Source: Eledone cirrhosa
Lineage: Eukaryota
Direction: 5' to 3'
NCBI GenBank assembly: GCA_964016885.1
Contig: OZ024743.1
Coordinates: 257,734,001 to 257,798,000 of the forward strand
Length of the DNA: 64,000 bases
Shown: piece by piece, positions 27,695 through 42,939 of the stretch
Layout of the letters: each line of letters opens with the position of its first letter
How positions within the stretch are numbered: position 1 is the stretch's first letter
The notes under the pieces: generated by a model
Databases searched by the model: none
What the model was told of the DNA's origin: nothing
What the model saw: the letters and a program-made list of their open reading frames with translations, nothing else
Made by a program: the position numbers and the translations under genes

Positions 27695-30600
27695 GCGTGT
27701 GTGTGTGCGTGTGTATATATAGCAGAGTCATTCGAAGGTCAAAAGATATTTTTCAGCTTTTGTCTTATACGGAGAAGTGCGCGTGTGTGTGTGTGTGTGT
27801 GTGTGTATAAGTCTCTTTGTATGTTGATGTACGTGTGTGTATGTGTTTGTGTATATATATGTGTGTGCGTGTGTGTGTGTGTGGGTGGACCAGTATTTTT
27901 TCCCCCTGGTAAAATGGTGTACATTATTCGATTTTTTCAGTAAAATCGGTTCTCTTAATAGAACATCAAAAATCTTAACAATAAAAGGTGTGAAATGATA
28001 TTCACTATATATATATACACATACACATATTCACTACATATATATATATATATATACATATATATATACATATATATGCACATATATTTTTTTGTATTGC
28101 ACCATAGAGCATGTGTGTTTACGTGTGTCATTGTGTTTATATGTGGGTAGAGATGTGTGCTGATGTAGGTATGTATGTTGACGTGTGTATGTTGTGGGTT
28201 CGTCTTAGGGAGAAGTGTTTAAACGGGGTCCGTATTTGTTAATGAAGTAAGATTCCTTGCTGATGCGCTGGGTGTGGGTGGCATTATCTTTAAATTTGTA
28301 GAGGGGAAAGATTCTGAAGTTGGGATGATTTTGGGCGGCACAGGTATCAATGTGTTCACTCAGTGGTATTTTCCTGTATTCCCGTATTTTAATTTGGGAT
28401 CTATGGACAGTCATGCGTTGGCGGAGGCTGTTTTTGGTCTGGCCTATGTATTGTTCTCGACAACCTGAACAAGTTAATACATATATTAGATTTTCCGATG
28501 CACATGTGAAATTGTGTTTTACTATAAAACGTTGTCCATCTTTGAAATAGAATTCCGAACCCTCTATTAGGTTGATGCAAATGCCACAGTTGGGTCTATC
28601 GCATTTTTTTACTGTGGGTTTCGTTGTTGTGGTTGGCAGTACTTTGGCATGTGTTAAGATGTTTTTCATTGACTTGGATTGTCTTTTGCTCTTTATGATA
28701 TCGTGTGTTCGTAGAATTTGGTTCATTCTATGGTCCTTTTTCAATACAGGGATGTTCTGGAGGATGGTGTCAAAGGCCTCATTGTTGAGGGGGTTGTGTG
28801 TGGAGATGTATGGAAGAGCTTTTAGTTTTGGTTGATTTACTTTAGGGTGTCTAAGGTCCTGGGTACTGAGTTTTAGGGCACGTTGGATTCCATTGTCAAT
28901 TAGTGATGCAGGGTAGTCCCTGCCTATGAGTGTGTCGTTTAGTTCTTGTAGCCGTAAGTAGCAGATGTTTTTATTGGAGACTATAGTACAGATTCTCTTG
29001 GCTAAGTTGTAGGGAATATTAATTTTAACGTGTCTAGGGTGGCAAGAGTTGAAGGGGAGATATTGCTTGGAGTCTGTGGGCTTGTAGTATATGTCTGTTT
29101 CTATTTTTTTTGTTATGGATCTTAATGAGGATGTCGAGGAAGGGGAGTTGTTGATGGCTGTATTCCATCGTGAAGTTAATATGTGTGTTGAGCCCATTTA
29201 TAAGGGTGTGAAATTCTTTAAGTTTTTCGATGTTTTCGTGCCAAAGGATGAAGCAGTCATCTAGATATCGCTTCCAGTTCCTTTCAATGTGTAAGTGGAG
29301 GGTGTTTCCAAATTTGTTTAGGACTTTAGTGTAGAGGGTGATTTCCAGGTATCCCATGACTAGGTTGGCATAAGTAGGGGCTGTTTTCGTTCCCATAGCG
29401 GTCCCAGATTTCTGCCTGTAGGGTTTGTTATTGAAAACGAAGTAATTGTTCTCCAAGATAAATTTGAGTCCCTCTATCACGAATTCTTTTTTGATGCGTT
29501 GTGGGAGTTCATTGTGGAAATTATCCAGCCAGAATTGGATAGCTTCTATTCCTAGGTTGTGGGGGATGTTGGAGTATAGGTTGACTACATCGAACGTCAC
29601 TAGTAGGGTTTGTTCAGAAAGTGGCATATTAGGGAGGTGATTGAGCATATCTAGGTCGTCCCTTATATAGCTTTTGATGTGCTTGAGGAAGGGTTTGAGA
29701 AGGGTATCAATGAAGTTGCTAAGACGGTGCGTTTCGCAAGCGGGGCCTGCTATTATAAGTCTTAATTTGAGATCATTGGGTGAGGGGAAATTGATGACTA
29801 TGTCTGTGACTTCCTTGCATGCCTTACTGATTGATTCGCTTTTATGTACTTTAGGGATACCGTAGAAAAGGCTGGATTTACTTGTGAAGTCTGTGATGAA
29901 GCTGAATTCCTTGTTAGTGAGTCCTTCTTTGTATTGGTTGATTAGAGTTTTTAGGTTTCTCATAATTTTCTGTTGATTGTAGTGTTCAGCCTTTTCGTAG
30001 TATGTTTCGTTTTCCAAAGTGGAGAGCGCTAAGTTGATATAGAATTCTGTCTCCATTAGGACTACTGTACTCCCTTTATCAGCCTCTTTAATTGTAATGG
30101 TTCTGTCGGTTTTTAATCTATTTAATTCTTCCCATTCTTTCTTGTTGAGGTTTGGCTTGTGTTTTTTTCTGTGCAAGTGTTGGTAAGGGAAGTTTGTGAT
30201 GTGTTCACAGAATTCGTCCAGGATTTTATTTCTACCTTTTGCTTCTATTTCTGGCTAATGATTCATCCTCATTGTACTGGTCGAATAGTTGTTCACTAAG
30301 TCGTAACTTTCTACAGAAGTCTGTGATGTCTTCCTTCATTTCATAGTAGTTAGGACGTAGTGGGGTCGGTGTGAATTTAAGACATTTGGAGAGTAAGTTG
30401 ATAAGGTTGGGTGTTGGTTCTGCACTAGTAAGATTGATAATTTTTATTACTATCGGTTTTTCCTCCCTGTCTTGTGTTATTTTGTTTGCCTGTATCTGTG
30501 TGCTGTGTCTAAAAAATGGTTGGGGTAGAGGGGTTGTCTGCTGATGTTAAGTGGTCTCCTGTGTTTGTTATATTCCTTGTTGTTGTAAAATGTGGTTCGG

Positions 30601-30942
30601 GTTGGTGGTTGTAGATTGAATGGGGTGTTCCTGAAACTGCGAGTATGGGTGTGTGTTTCTATGTGCCATGTTGTATTGTGGTGTTATAAGTGGCCTACGT
30701 TGTTGGTTGTATCGTGTGGTGTGGGTTTGTTGTGTATTGTGGAAGTGAGAGTTGAGAAAATGGTAATTACCTTGCTGTCCCCTTGAAGCGGGGAAGTTGT
30801 TGCATCTATCATGGCGGTGGTATCTTTTCCCTATGTTTGACGATGAGGAATCCGCGTAGTAGTTGAGTGATTTGGTATGGTGTCTCCTTGAAGGGGGAAA
30901 GTTGTAAATGTCATTCTGGGGGAGATGATTTCTTGGGTTTTT
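27042..30942 (-). mobile_element. Penelope-like element (Neptune-like), largely complete, frameshifted
   Basis: ADKG, FYGIPKVHK, FDVVNLYSNI, GTAMG, RYLDD (29034-30176); CDRPNCGIC...TCASENLIYVLTC...YIGQT (28205-29197); frameshift in a T-run ~29105; decayed HHR ~27163-27205. Confidence 0.92.
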
Positions 30943-30953
30943 ATACATATACA

Positions 30954-31003
<50 letters not shown>

Positions 31004-31161
31004 TATATACATATATATATATACATATATATATACGTGAGTATAGACATAGAATATTCGAAAATATTCTGTATGTTTATAATAAACATTTTGAAGACCT
31101 AATCGCTATAGAATAGAATACGTCACGTATTACAATTAGATTCTCGATAAAAGCAAGGGAA

Positions 31162-31204
31162 GTAATCTACGCGTTTCATTCTTGTTAGAATTCATCAGGA
31201 CTAC
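31162..31204 (-). ncRNA. Minimal type I HHR, first of 9 minus copies (every 310 bp to 33642)
   Basis: Reverse complement of 34145-34187. Confidence 0.9.
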
Positions 31205-34144
31205 ATATCCAGTGCTTTTATCGAGAATGACACAGCTAGAGACTTATAGAATACTTAGCTGTGTACTGGAACTGGTTTGAAAGAGCGGTTGCCGGTCCGG
31301 CAGAAATTAGAAATTGGAATAAATGCTCTGAAATAGCGATATATATGTGAGTATAGACATAGAATATTCGAAAATATTCTGTATGTTTATAATAAACATT
31401 TTGAAGACCTAATCGCTATAGAATAGAATACGTCACGTATTACAATTAGATTCTCGATAAAAGCAAGGGAAGTAATCTACGCGTTTCATTCTTGTTAGAA
31501 TTCATCAGGACTACATATCCAGTGCTTTTATCGAGAATGACACAGCTAGAGACTTATAGAATACTTAGCTGTGTACTGGAACTGGTTTGAAAGAGCGGTT
31601 GCCGGTCCGGCAGAAATTAGAAATTGGAATAAATGCTCTGAAATAGCGATATATATGTGAGTATAGACATAGAATATTCGAAAATATTCTGTATGTTTAT
31701 AATAAACATTTTGAAGACCTAATCGCTATAGAATAGAATACGTCACGTATTACAATTAGATTCTCGATAAAAGCAAGGGAAGTAATCTACGCGTTTCATT
31801 CTTGTTAGAATTCATCAGGACTACATATCCAGTGCTTTTATCGAGAATGACACAGCTAGAGACTTATAGAATACTTAGCTGTGTACTGGAACTGGTTTGA
31901 AAGAGCGGTTGCCGGTCCGGCAGAAATTAGAAATTGGAATAAATGCTCTGAAATAGCGATATATATGTGAGTATAGACATAGAATATTCGAAAATATTCT
32001 GTATGTTTATAATAAACATTTTGAAGACCTAATCGCTATAGAATAGAATACGTCACGTATTACAATTAGATTCTCGATAAAAGCAAGGGAAGTAATCTAC
32101 GCGTTTCATTCTTGTTAGAATTCATCAGGACTACATATCCAGTGCTTTTATCGAGAATGACACAGCTAGAGACTTATAGAATACTTAGCTGTGTACTGGA
32201 ACTGGTTTGAAAGAGCGGTTGCCGGTCCGGCAGAAATTAGAAATTGGAATAAATGCTCTGAAATAGCGATATATATGTGAGTATAGACATAGAATATTCG
32301 AAAATATTCTGTATGTTTATAATAAACATTTTGAAGACCTAATCGCTATAGAATAGAATACGTCACGTATTACAATTAGATTCTCGATAAAAGCAAGGGA
32401 AGTAATCTACGCGTTTCATTCTTGTTAGAATTCATCAGGACTACATATCCAGTGCTTTTATCGAGAATGACACAGCTAGAGACTTATAGAATACTTAGCT
32501 GTGTACTGGAACTGGTTTGAAAGAGCGGTTGCCGGTCCGGCAGAAATTAGAAATTGGAATAAATGCTCTGAAATAGCGATATATATGTGAGTATAGACAT
32601 AGAATATTCGAAAATATTCTGTATGTTTATAATAAACATTTTGAAGACCTAATCGCTATAGAATAGAATACGTCACGTATTACAATTAGATTCTCGATAA
32701 AAGCAAGGGAAGTAATCTACGCGTTTCATTCTTGTTAGAATTCATCAGGACTACATATCCAGTGCTTTTATCGAGAATGACACAGCTAGAGACTTATAGA
32801 ATACTTAGCTGTGTACTGGAACTGGTTTGAAAGAGCGGTTGCCGGTCCGGCAGAAATTAGAAATTGGAATAAATGCTCTGAAATAGCGATATATATGTGA
32901 GTATAGACATAGAATATTCGAAAATATTCTGTATGTTTATAATAAACATTTTGAAGACCTAATCGCTATAGAATAGAATACGTCACGTATTACAATTAGA
33001 TTCTCGATAAAAGCAAGGGAAGTAATCTACGCGTTTCATTCTTGTTAGAATTCATCAGGACTACATATCCAGTGCTTTTATCGAGAATGACACAGCTAGA
33101 GACTTATAGAATACTTAGCTGTGTACTGGAACTGGTTTGAAAGAGCGGTTGCCGGTCCGGCAGAAATTAGAAATTGGAATAAATGCTCTGAAATAGCGAT
33201 ATATATGTGAGTATAGACATAGAATATTCGAAAATATTCTGTATGTTTATAATAAACATTTTGAAGACCTAATCGCTATAGAATAGAATACGTCACGTAT
33301 TACAATTAGATTCTCGATAAAAGCAAGGGAAGTAATCTACGCGTTTCATTCTTGTTAGAATTCATCAGGACTACATATCCAGTGCTTTTATCGAGAATGA
33401 CACAGCTAGAGACTTATAGAATACTTAGCTGTGTACTGGAACTGGTTTGAAAGAGCGGTTGCCGGTCCGGCAGAAATTAGAAATTGGAATAAATGCTCTG
33501 AAATAGCGATATATATGTGAGTATAGACATAGAATATTCGAAAATATTCTGTATGTTTATAATAAACATTTTGAAGACCTAATCGCTATAGAATAGAATA
33601 CGTCACGTATTACAATTAGATTCTCGATAAAAGCAAGGGAAGTAATCTACGCGTTTCATTCTTGTTAGAATTCATCAGGACTACATATCCAGTGCTTTTA
33701 TCGAGAATGACACAGCTAGAGACTTATAGAATACTTAGCTGTGTACTGGAACTGGTTTGAAAGAGCGGTTGCCGGTCCGGCAGAAATTAGAAATTGGAAT
33801 AAATGCTCTGAAATAGCGATATATATGTGAGTATAGACATAGAATATTCGAAAATATTCTGTATGTTTGTAGATTACTTCCCTTGCTTTTATCGAGAATC
33901 TAATTGTAATACGTGACGTATTCTATTCTATAGCGATTAGGTCTTCAAAATGTTTATTATAAACATACAGAATATTTTCGAATATTCTATGTCTATACTC
34001 ACATATATATCGCTATTTCAGAGCATTTATTCCAATTTCTAATTTCTGCCGGACCGGCAACCGCTCTTTCAAACCAGTTCCAGTACACAGCTAAGTATTC
34101 TATAAGTCTCTAGCTGTGTCATTCTCGATAAAAGCACTGGATAT

Positions 34145-34187
34145 GTAGTCCTGATGAATTCTAACAAGAATGAAACGCGTAGATTAC
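34145..34187 (+). ncRNA. Minimal type I HHR, first of 9 plus copies (every 310 bp to 36625)
   Basis: GTAGTC-CTGATGA-ATTC-TAACAA-GAAT-GAAAC-GC-GTA-GATTAC; palindromic ACGCGT stem III; GUA triplet. Confidence 0.92.
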
Positions 34188-36828
34188 TTCCCTTGCTTTT
34201 ATCGAGAATCTAATTGCAATACGTGACGTATTCTATTCTATAGCGATTAGGTCTTCAAAATGTTTATTATAAACATACAGAATATTTTCGAATATTCTAT
34301 GTCTATACTCACATATATATCGCTATTTCAGAGCATTTATTCCAATTTCTAATTTCTGCCGGACCGGCAACCGCTCTTTCAAACCAGTTCCAGTACACAG
34401 CTAAGTATTCTATAAGTCTCTAGCTGTGTCATTCTCGATAAAAGCACTGGATATGTAGTCCTGATGAATTCTAACAAGAATGAAACGCGTAGATTACTTC
34501 CCTTGCTTTTATCGAGAATCTAATTGTAATACGTGACGTATTCTATTCTATAGCGATTAGGTCTTCAAAATGTTTATTATAAACATACAGAATATTTTCG
34601 AATATTCTATGTCTATACTCACATATATATCGCTATTTCAGAGCATTTATTCCAATTTCTAATTTCTGCCGGACCGGCAACCGCTCTTTCAAACCAGTTC
34701 CAGTACACAGCTAAGTATTCTATAAGTCTCTAGCTGTGTCATTCTCGATAAAAGCACTGGATATGTAGTCCTGATGAATTCTAACAAGAATGAAACGCGT
34801 AGATTACTTCCCTTGCTTTTATCGAGAATCTAATTGTAATACGTGACGTATTCTATTCTATAGCGATTAGGTCTTCAAAATGTTTATTATAAACATACAG
34901 AATATTTTCGAATATTCTATGTCTATACTCACATATATATCGCTATTTCAGAGCATTTATTCCAATTTCTAATTTCTGCCGGACCGGCAACCGCTCTTTC
35001 AAACCAGTTCCAGTACACAGCTAAGTATTCTATAAGTCTCTAGCTGTGTCATTCTCGATAAAAGCACTGGATATGTAGTCCTGATGAATTCTAACAAGAA
35101 TGAAACGCGTAGATTACTTCCCTTGCTTTTATCGAGAATCTAATTGTAATACGTGACGTATTCTATTCTATAGCGATTAGGTCTTCAAAATGTTTATTAT
35201 AAACATACAGAATATTTTCGAATATTCTATGTCTATACTCACATATATATCGCTATTTCAGAGCATTTATTCCAATTTCTAATTTCTGCCGGACCGGCAA
35301 CCGCTCTTTCAAACCAGTTCCAGTACACAGCTAAGTATTCTATAAGTCTCTAGCTGTGTCATTCTCGATAAAAGCACTGGATATGTAGTCCTGATGAATT
35401 CTAACAAGAATGAAACGCGTAGATTACTTCCCTTGCTTTTATCGAGAATCTAATTGTAATACGTGACGTATTCTATTCTATAGCGATTAGGTCTTCAAAA
35501 TGTTTATTATAAACATACAGAATATTTTCGAATATTCTATGTCTATACTCACATATATATCGCTATTTCAGAGCATTTATTCCAATTTCTAATTTCTGCC
35601 GGACCGGCAACCGCTCTTTCAAACCAGTTCCAGTACACAGCTAAGTATTCTATAAGTCTCTAGCTGTGTCATTCTCGATAAAAGCACTGGATATGTAGTC
35701 CTGATGAATTCTAACAAGAATGAAACGCGTAGATTACTTCCCTTGCTTTTATCGAGAATCTAATTGTAATACGTGACATATTCTATTCTATAGCGATTAG
35801 GTCTTCAAAATGTTTATTATAAACATACAGAATATTTTCGAATATTCTATGTCTATACTCACATATATATCGCTATTTCAGAGCATTTATTCCAATTTCT
35901 AATTTCTGCCGGACCGGCAACCGCTCTTTCAAACCAGTTCCAGTACACAGCTAAGTATTCTATAAGTCTCTAGCTGTGTCATTCTCGATAAAAGCACTGG
36001 ATATGTAGTCCTGATGAATTCTAACAAGAATGAAACGCGTAGATTACTTCCCTTGCTTTTATCGAGAATCTAATTGTAATACGTGACGTATTCTATTCTA
36101 TAGCGATTAGGTCTTCAAAATGTTTATTATAAACATACAGAATATTTTCGAATATTCTATGTCTATACTCACATATATATCGCTATTTCAGAGCATTTAT
36201 TCCAATTTCTAATTTCTGCCGGACCGGCAACCGCTCTTTCAAACCAGTTCCAGTACACAGCTAAGTATTCTATAAGTCTCTAGCTGTGTCATTCTCGATA
36301 AAAGCACTGGATATGTAGTCCTGATGAATTCTAACAAGAATGAAACGCGTAGATTACTTCCCTTGCTTTTATCGAGAATCTAATTGTAATACGTGACGTA
36401 TTCTATTCTATAGCGATTAGGTCTTCAAAATGTTTATTATAAACATACAGAATATTTTCGAATATTCTATGTCTATACTCACATATATATCGCTATTTCA
36501 GAGCATTTATTCCAATTTCTAATTTCTGCCGGACCGGCAACCGCTCTTTCAAACCAGTTCCAGTACACAGCTAAGTATTCTATAAGTCTCTAGCTGTGTC
36601 ATTCTCGATAAAAGCACTGGATATGTAGTCCTGATGAATTCTAACAAGAATGAAACGCGTAGATTACTTCCCTTGCTTTTATCGAGAATCTAATTGTAAT
36701 ACGTGACGTATTCTATTCTATAGCGATTAGGTCTTCAAAATGTTTATTATAAACATACAGAATATTTTCGAATATTCTATGTCTATACTCACATATATAT
36801 CGCTATTTCAGAGCATTTATTCCAATTT

Positions 36829-38383
<1,555 letters not shown>

Positions 38384-38384
38384 A

Positions 38385-39640
38385 TTTTAATTTTTAATTT
38401 CTGCCTCACCGGCAACCGCTCTGTATAATCAGTTCCTGATTATTTATTAGAATTCTATAAGAATATAACATCAGTGATCTCAGTAGACAGGAGGGAGTAG
38501 TTAGCCTTGATAAGCATCAATAAATGCGAAACAAGGCCTTGTTGGCTTATCTCCCTTGTTTGCTGAGATTAAAGTAAGTGACTTTGTCACTACGCTAAAA
38601 CAATAGCATACGGTCTTCAAAATCCTTTTAATTAAGCATAAAGTGTATTGCAAAATACATTATATATACATTCATATATATATTGCTATTTCAGAGCTCC
38701 AATTCTAATTTTTAATTTCTGCCTGACCGGCAACCGCTCTGTATAATCAGTTCCTGATTATTTACTAGAATTCTATATGAATATAACATCAGTGATCTCA
38801 GTAGACAGGAGGGAGTAGTTAGCCTTGATAAGCATCAATAAATGCGAAACAAGGCCTTGTCGGCTTATCTCACCTTGTTTGCTGAGATTAAAGTAAGTGA
38901 GTTTGTCACTACTCTAAAACAATAGCATACGGTCTTCAAAATGCTTTTAATTAAGCATAACGTGTATTGCAAAATACATTATATATACATTCATATATAT
39001 ATATTGCTATTTCAGAGCTCCAATTCTAATTTTCAATTTCTGCCTGACCGGCCATCGCTCTGTATAATCAGTTCCTGATTATTTACTAGAATTCTATAAG
39101 AATATAACATCAGTGATCTCAGTAGACAGGGGGGAGTAGTTAGCCTTGATAAGCATCAATAAATGCGAAACAAGGCCTTGTCGGCTTATCTCCCCTTGTT
39201 TGCTGAGATTAAAGTAAGTGAGTTTGTCACTACTCTAAAACAATAGCATACGGTCTTCAAAATGCTTTTAATTAAGCATAAAGTGTATTGCAAAATACAT
39301 TATATATACATTCATATATATATATTTCTATTTCAGAGCTCCAATTCGAATTTTCTATTTCTGCCTGACCGGCCATCGCTCTGTATAATCAGTTCCTGAT
39401 TATTTATTAGAATTCTATAAGAATATAACATTAGTGATCTCAGTAGACATGAGGGAGTAGTTATCCTTGATAAGCATCAATAAATGCGAAACAAGGCCTT
39501 GTCGGCTTATCTCCCCTTGTTTGTTGAGGTTAAAGTAAGTGAGTTTGTCACTACTCTAAAACAATAGCATACGGTTTTCAAAATGCTTTTAATTAAGCAT
39601 AAAGTGTACTGCAAAATACATTATATATACATTCATATAT
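38385..39640 (+). repeat. ~320-bp tandem array, ~3.9 units, second retrozyme-like family
   Basis: CTGCC anchor at 38401, 38719, 39040 and 39361; HHRs at ~38503, 38821, 39142 and 39463; copies differ by a few percent. Confidence 0.9.
38821..38865 (+). ncRNA. Type I HHR, U3-A8 variant (best of 4 copies)
   Basis: AGCC-TTGATAA-GCAT-CAATAA-ATGC-GAAAC-AAGGCCTT-GTC-GGCT; 12-nt palindrome ACAAGGCCTTGT; GUC triplet. Confidence 0.85.
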
Positions 39641-39654
39641 ATATATATATATAT

Positions 39655-39755
<101 letters not shown>

Positions 39756-39883
39756 CATACATACATACATATATATATATATATACATACATATATATAT
39801 ATACATACATATATATATATATATACATACATATATATATATATATATATACATACATACATACATATATATATATATATACA

Positions 39884-39919
<36 letters not shown>

Positions 39920-40099
39920 TATATACAAGTATACATACATATATATATATACATATATATACATACATATACATATATATATATACATATATATATACAT
40001 ACATATATATACATATACATATAAAATACATATATATACATATATATACATATATATATATATATACATATATATACATATATATATGTATATATATAT

Positions 40100-41842
40100 A
40101 TGGAGAGAGCGGTTGACAGATCTGGATGTAAGGAGAGCTGGATGATCATCAACGAGATCACAGGGAGGAAGAAAAGGTGTTCGAGTCAGATCCAGGGAAC
40201 GGGGCCCGAGGATAGGAAGAGGAAATGGCTAGACCATTTTAGGACCCTACTAGGAGAGCCACCCTCCACAGCCCAGAGCACTGGGGAGATCAGGCGGCTG
40301 TTTGAGGAACTGGATGTTGAGACAGAGCCCTTCACCAGAGGGGAGCTTGAGAGAGCCAAGAAGAAGATCAAGGAGGGCAGGGCTCATGGAGAAGATGGAG
40401 TGGCATCAGAGGTGATGAAGAGGTGTGATTTTGATGATATCATCCTGGGGTTCTGTAACGGGGCACTGGAGAAAGGAGTTGCCCCGAATCAGTGGAGGAT
40501 CAGTAACATCGTCCCAGTGCCAAAGAAGGGAGATCACTCTGACACCAACAACTACCGGGGGATCTCACTGATGTCACTTGTGGCAAAGACCCTCAACAGG
40601 ATGATTCTTAACAGGATCCAGCCTGAGATGGAGAAGAAGCTCAGGGACAACCAGAACGGCTTCAGAGAGGGTAGATCAACCACCTGTCACATCCTGATGC
40701 TGAGGAGGATATTAGAAGGAGCTAGAGCAAAGTGCCTTCCTGCGGTCATGGTTTTCATTGACTTTAGGAAGGCCTTTGATTCTGTGGACCGTTACTGCCT
40801 GATGAAGTTCTTACAGGCTTATGGAATCCCCAAGAAGATAGTGGACCTGATATCACTGCTCTACACCAACACCAAAGCCCAAGTCATTACACCTGATGGG
40901 ATGACAGATTTCTTTGAGATACTGGCTGGAGTGCTCCAGGGAGATACATTGGCTCCATACCTTTTTGTCATCGTAGTGGACTATTGTATGCGCCTTGCAC
41001 TGGAGAAACACCAGGACACTGGCTTTACTGTAGCACCGGCTCAGAGCAGGAGAGTTGGGGCGAAAAAGGTATCGGATGCTGAATTTGCCGACGACATAGT
41101 TTTGGTGACAAATACAGTGAAGGAGGCAGAGGATTTGATGCGGGAGGTTGAGACTGTGTCGATGAATGTGGGGCTGAGAATGAATGAGACTAAAACAAAA
41201 TATCTGGTAGAGAATGTTGAGAAGCCAGAGGGGATCACTAATGTAGGCGGGAAGCCGCTGGAATTGGTTGAGGACATCCTGTATTTGGGAGCAAAGATTG
41301 GGAATACGGAGTATGATGTGGTTGAGAGGAAGAGCAAGGCCTGGGCGGCGTGTCACAGCTTGAGATCGGTGTGGAAGTCGGACCTTCGTAGAGATCTGAA
41401 AATCCGCCTCTTCATTGCTGTAGTGGAGTTTGTGCTGCTGTATGGATCTGAGACTTGGATACTGACCAAGAGACTCACTCAGATGGTGGATGGGTGCTAC
41501 ACGAGAATGCTGAGGATGGCTCTGAACATTAATCAGTATACACTGAGGATGAAAAACTCAGAGCTGTATGGGAGCATCCCAAAAGTCAGCTCAAAAGTGA
41601 CACAGAGGAGACTGAAGTTGGCTGGACATACTCACCGACATCCAGAGTTGACATTGCACTCAGTGCTCCTTTGGGAGCCCCTACATGGACACACTAGAAG
41701 AGGAAGACCAAGGTTAACATATGTTGATGCCCTCAGGACAGACACTGGTCTGTTGGAGATGCAGGATATGGCAGCGATAATGAGGGACAGAGACCGCTGG
41801 AGAGAACTCGTCCATGGATCTCGGGAATTTTACCCGCCTTAG
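40100..41842 (+). mobile_element. 5'-truncated RTE-like LINE, uninterrupted 580-aa RT frame
   Basis: [38 protein letters not shown]; stop followed directly by (TAGA)n. Confidence 0.93.
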
Positions 41843-42281
41843 ATAGATAGATACAGAAATATATACATATATATATATATACATATATATATATACATAC
41901 ATATATATACATATACATATAAAATACATATATATACATATATATACATATATATATATACATATATATACATATATATATATACATATATATATACATA
42001 CATATATATACATATACATATAAAATACATATATATACATATATATACATATATATATATATACATATATATACATATATATATACATATATATATATAT
42101 ACATATATATATACATACATATATATACATATACATATAAAATACATATATATACATATATATACATATATATATATATACATATATATACATATATATA
42201 TACATACATATACATATATATACATTTATATATATAAAAAAATATATACATATATATATAAATACATATATATATATATAC

Positions 42282-42326
<45 letters not shown>

Positions 42327-42461
42327 TATATACATATATATATACATATACAAATATACATATATATATATACATATATATATACATATATATATACATA
42401 TACACATATATATATATATATACATATATATATACATATATATATACATATATATATATGT

Positions 42462-42514
<53 letters not shown>

Positions 42515-42551
42515 CATATCTATATACATATCTATATACATATATATATAC

Positions 42552-42616
<65 letters not shown>

Positions 42617-42645
42617 CATATATATATATATACATATATATATAC

Positions 42646-42696
<51 letters not shown>

Positions 42697-42744
42697 CATA
42701 TATGTATATATATATATATGTATATATATATGTATATATATATG

Positions 42745-42828
<84 letters not shown>

Positions 42829-42939
42829 CATATATATATACATATAGATATATAACTTTGAATAACTTTGAAATGTTTTGGCCAGTATTGGCCCAGGCCA
42901 TGTCTAACTTAATAGCACCACCTGGCGAAGTCTTTCAAT

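Larger units (their letters stand above)
31037..36828. repeat. 310-bp tandem array of HHR-bearing units (retrozyme-like): ~9.1 units minus (31037-33868), ~9.5 units plus (33869-36828)
   Basis: Exact 310-bp period; copies essentially identical (variants seen at ~34217 and ~35778); one HHR per unit; no ORF. Confidence 0.95.

Noticed and set aside
31037-36828. CRISPR-like or rRNA/snRNA tandem array
   Set aside because: No variable spacers or cas genes, eukaryotic context, and no recognisable 5S or snRNA sequence; the HHR explains the unit.
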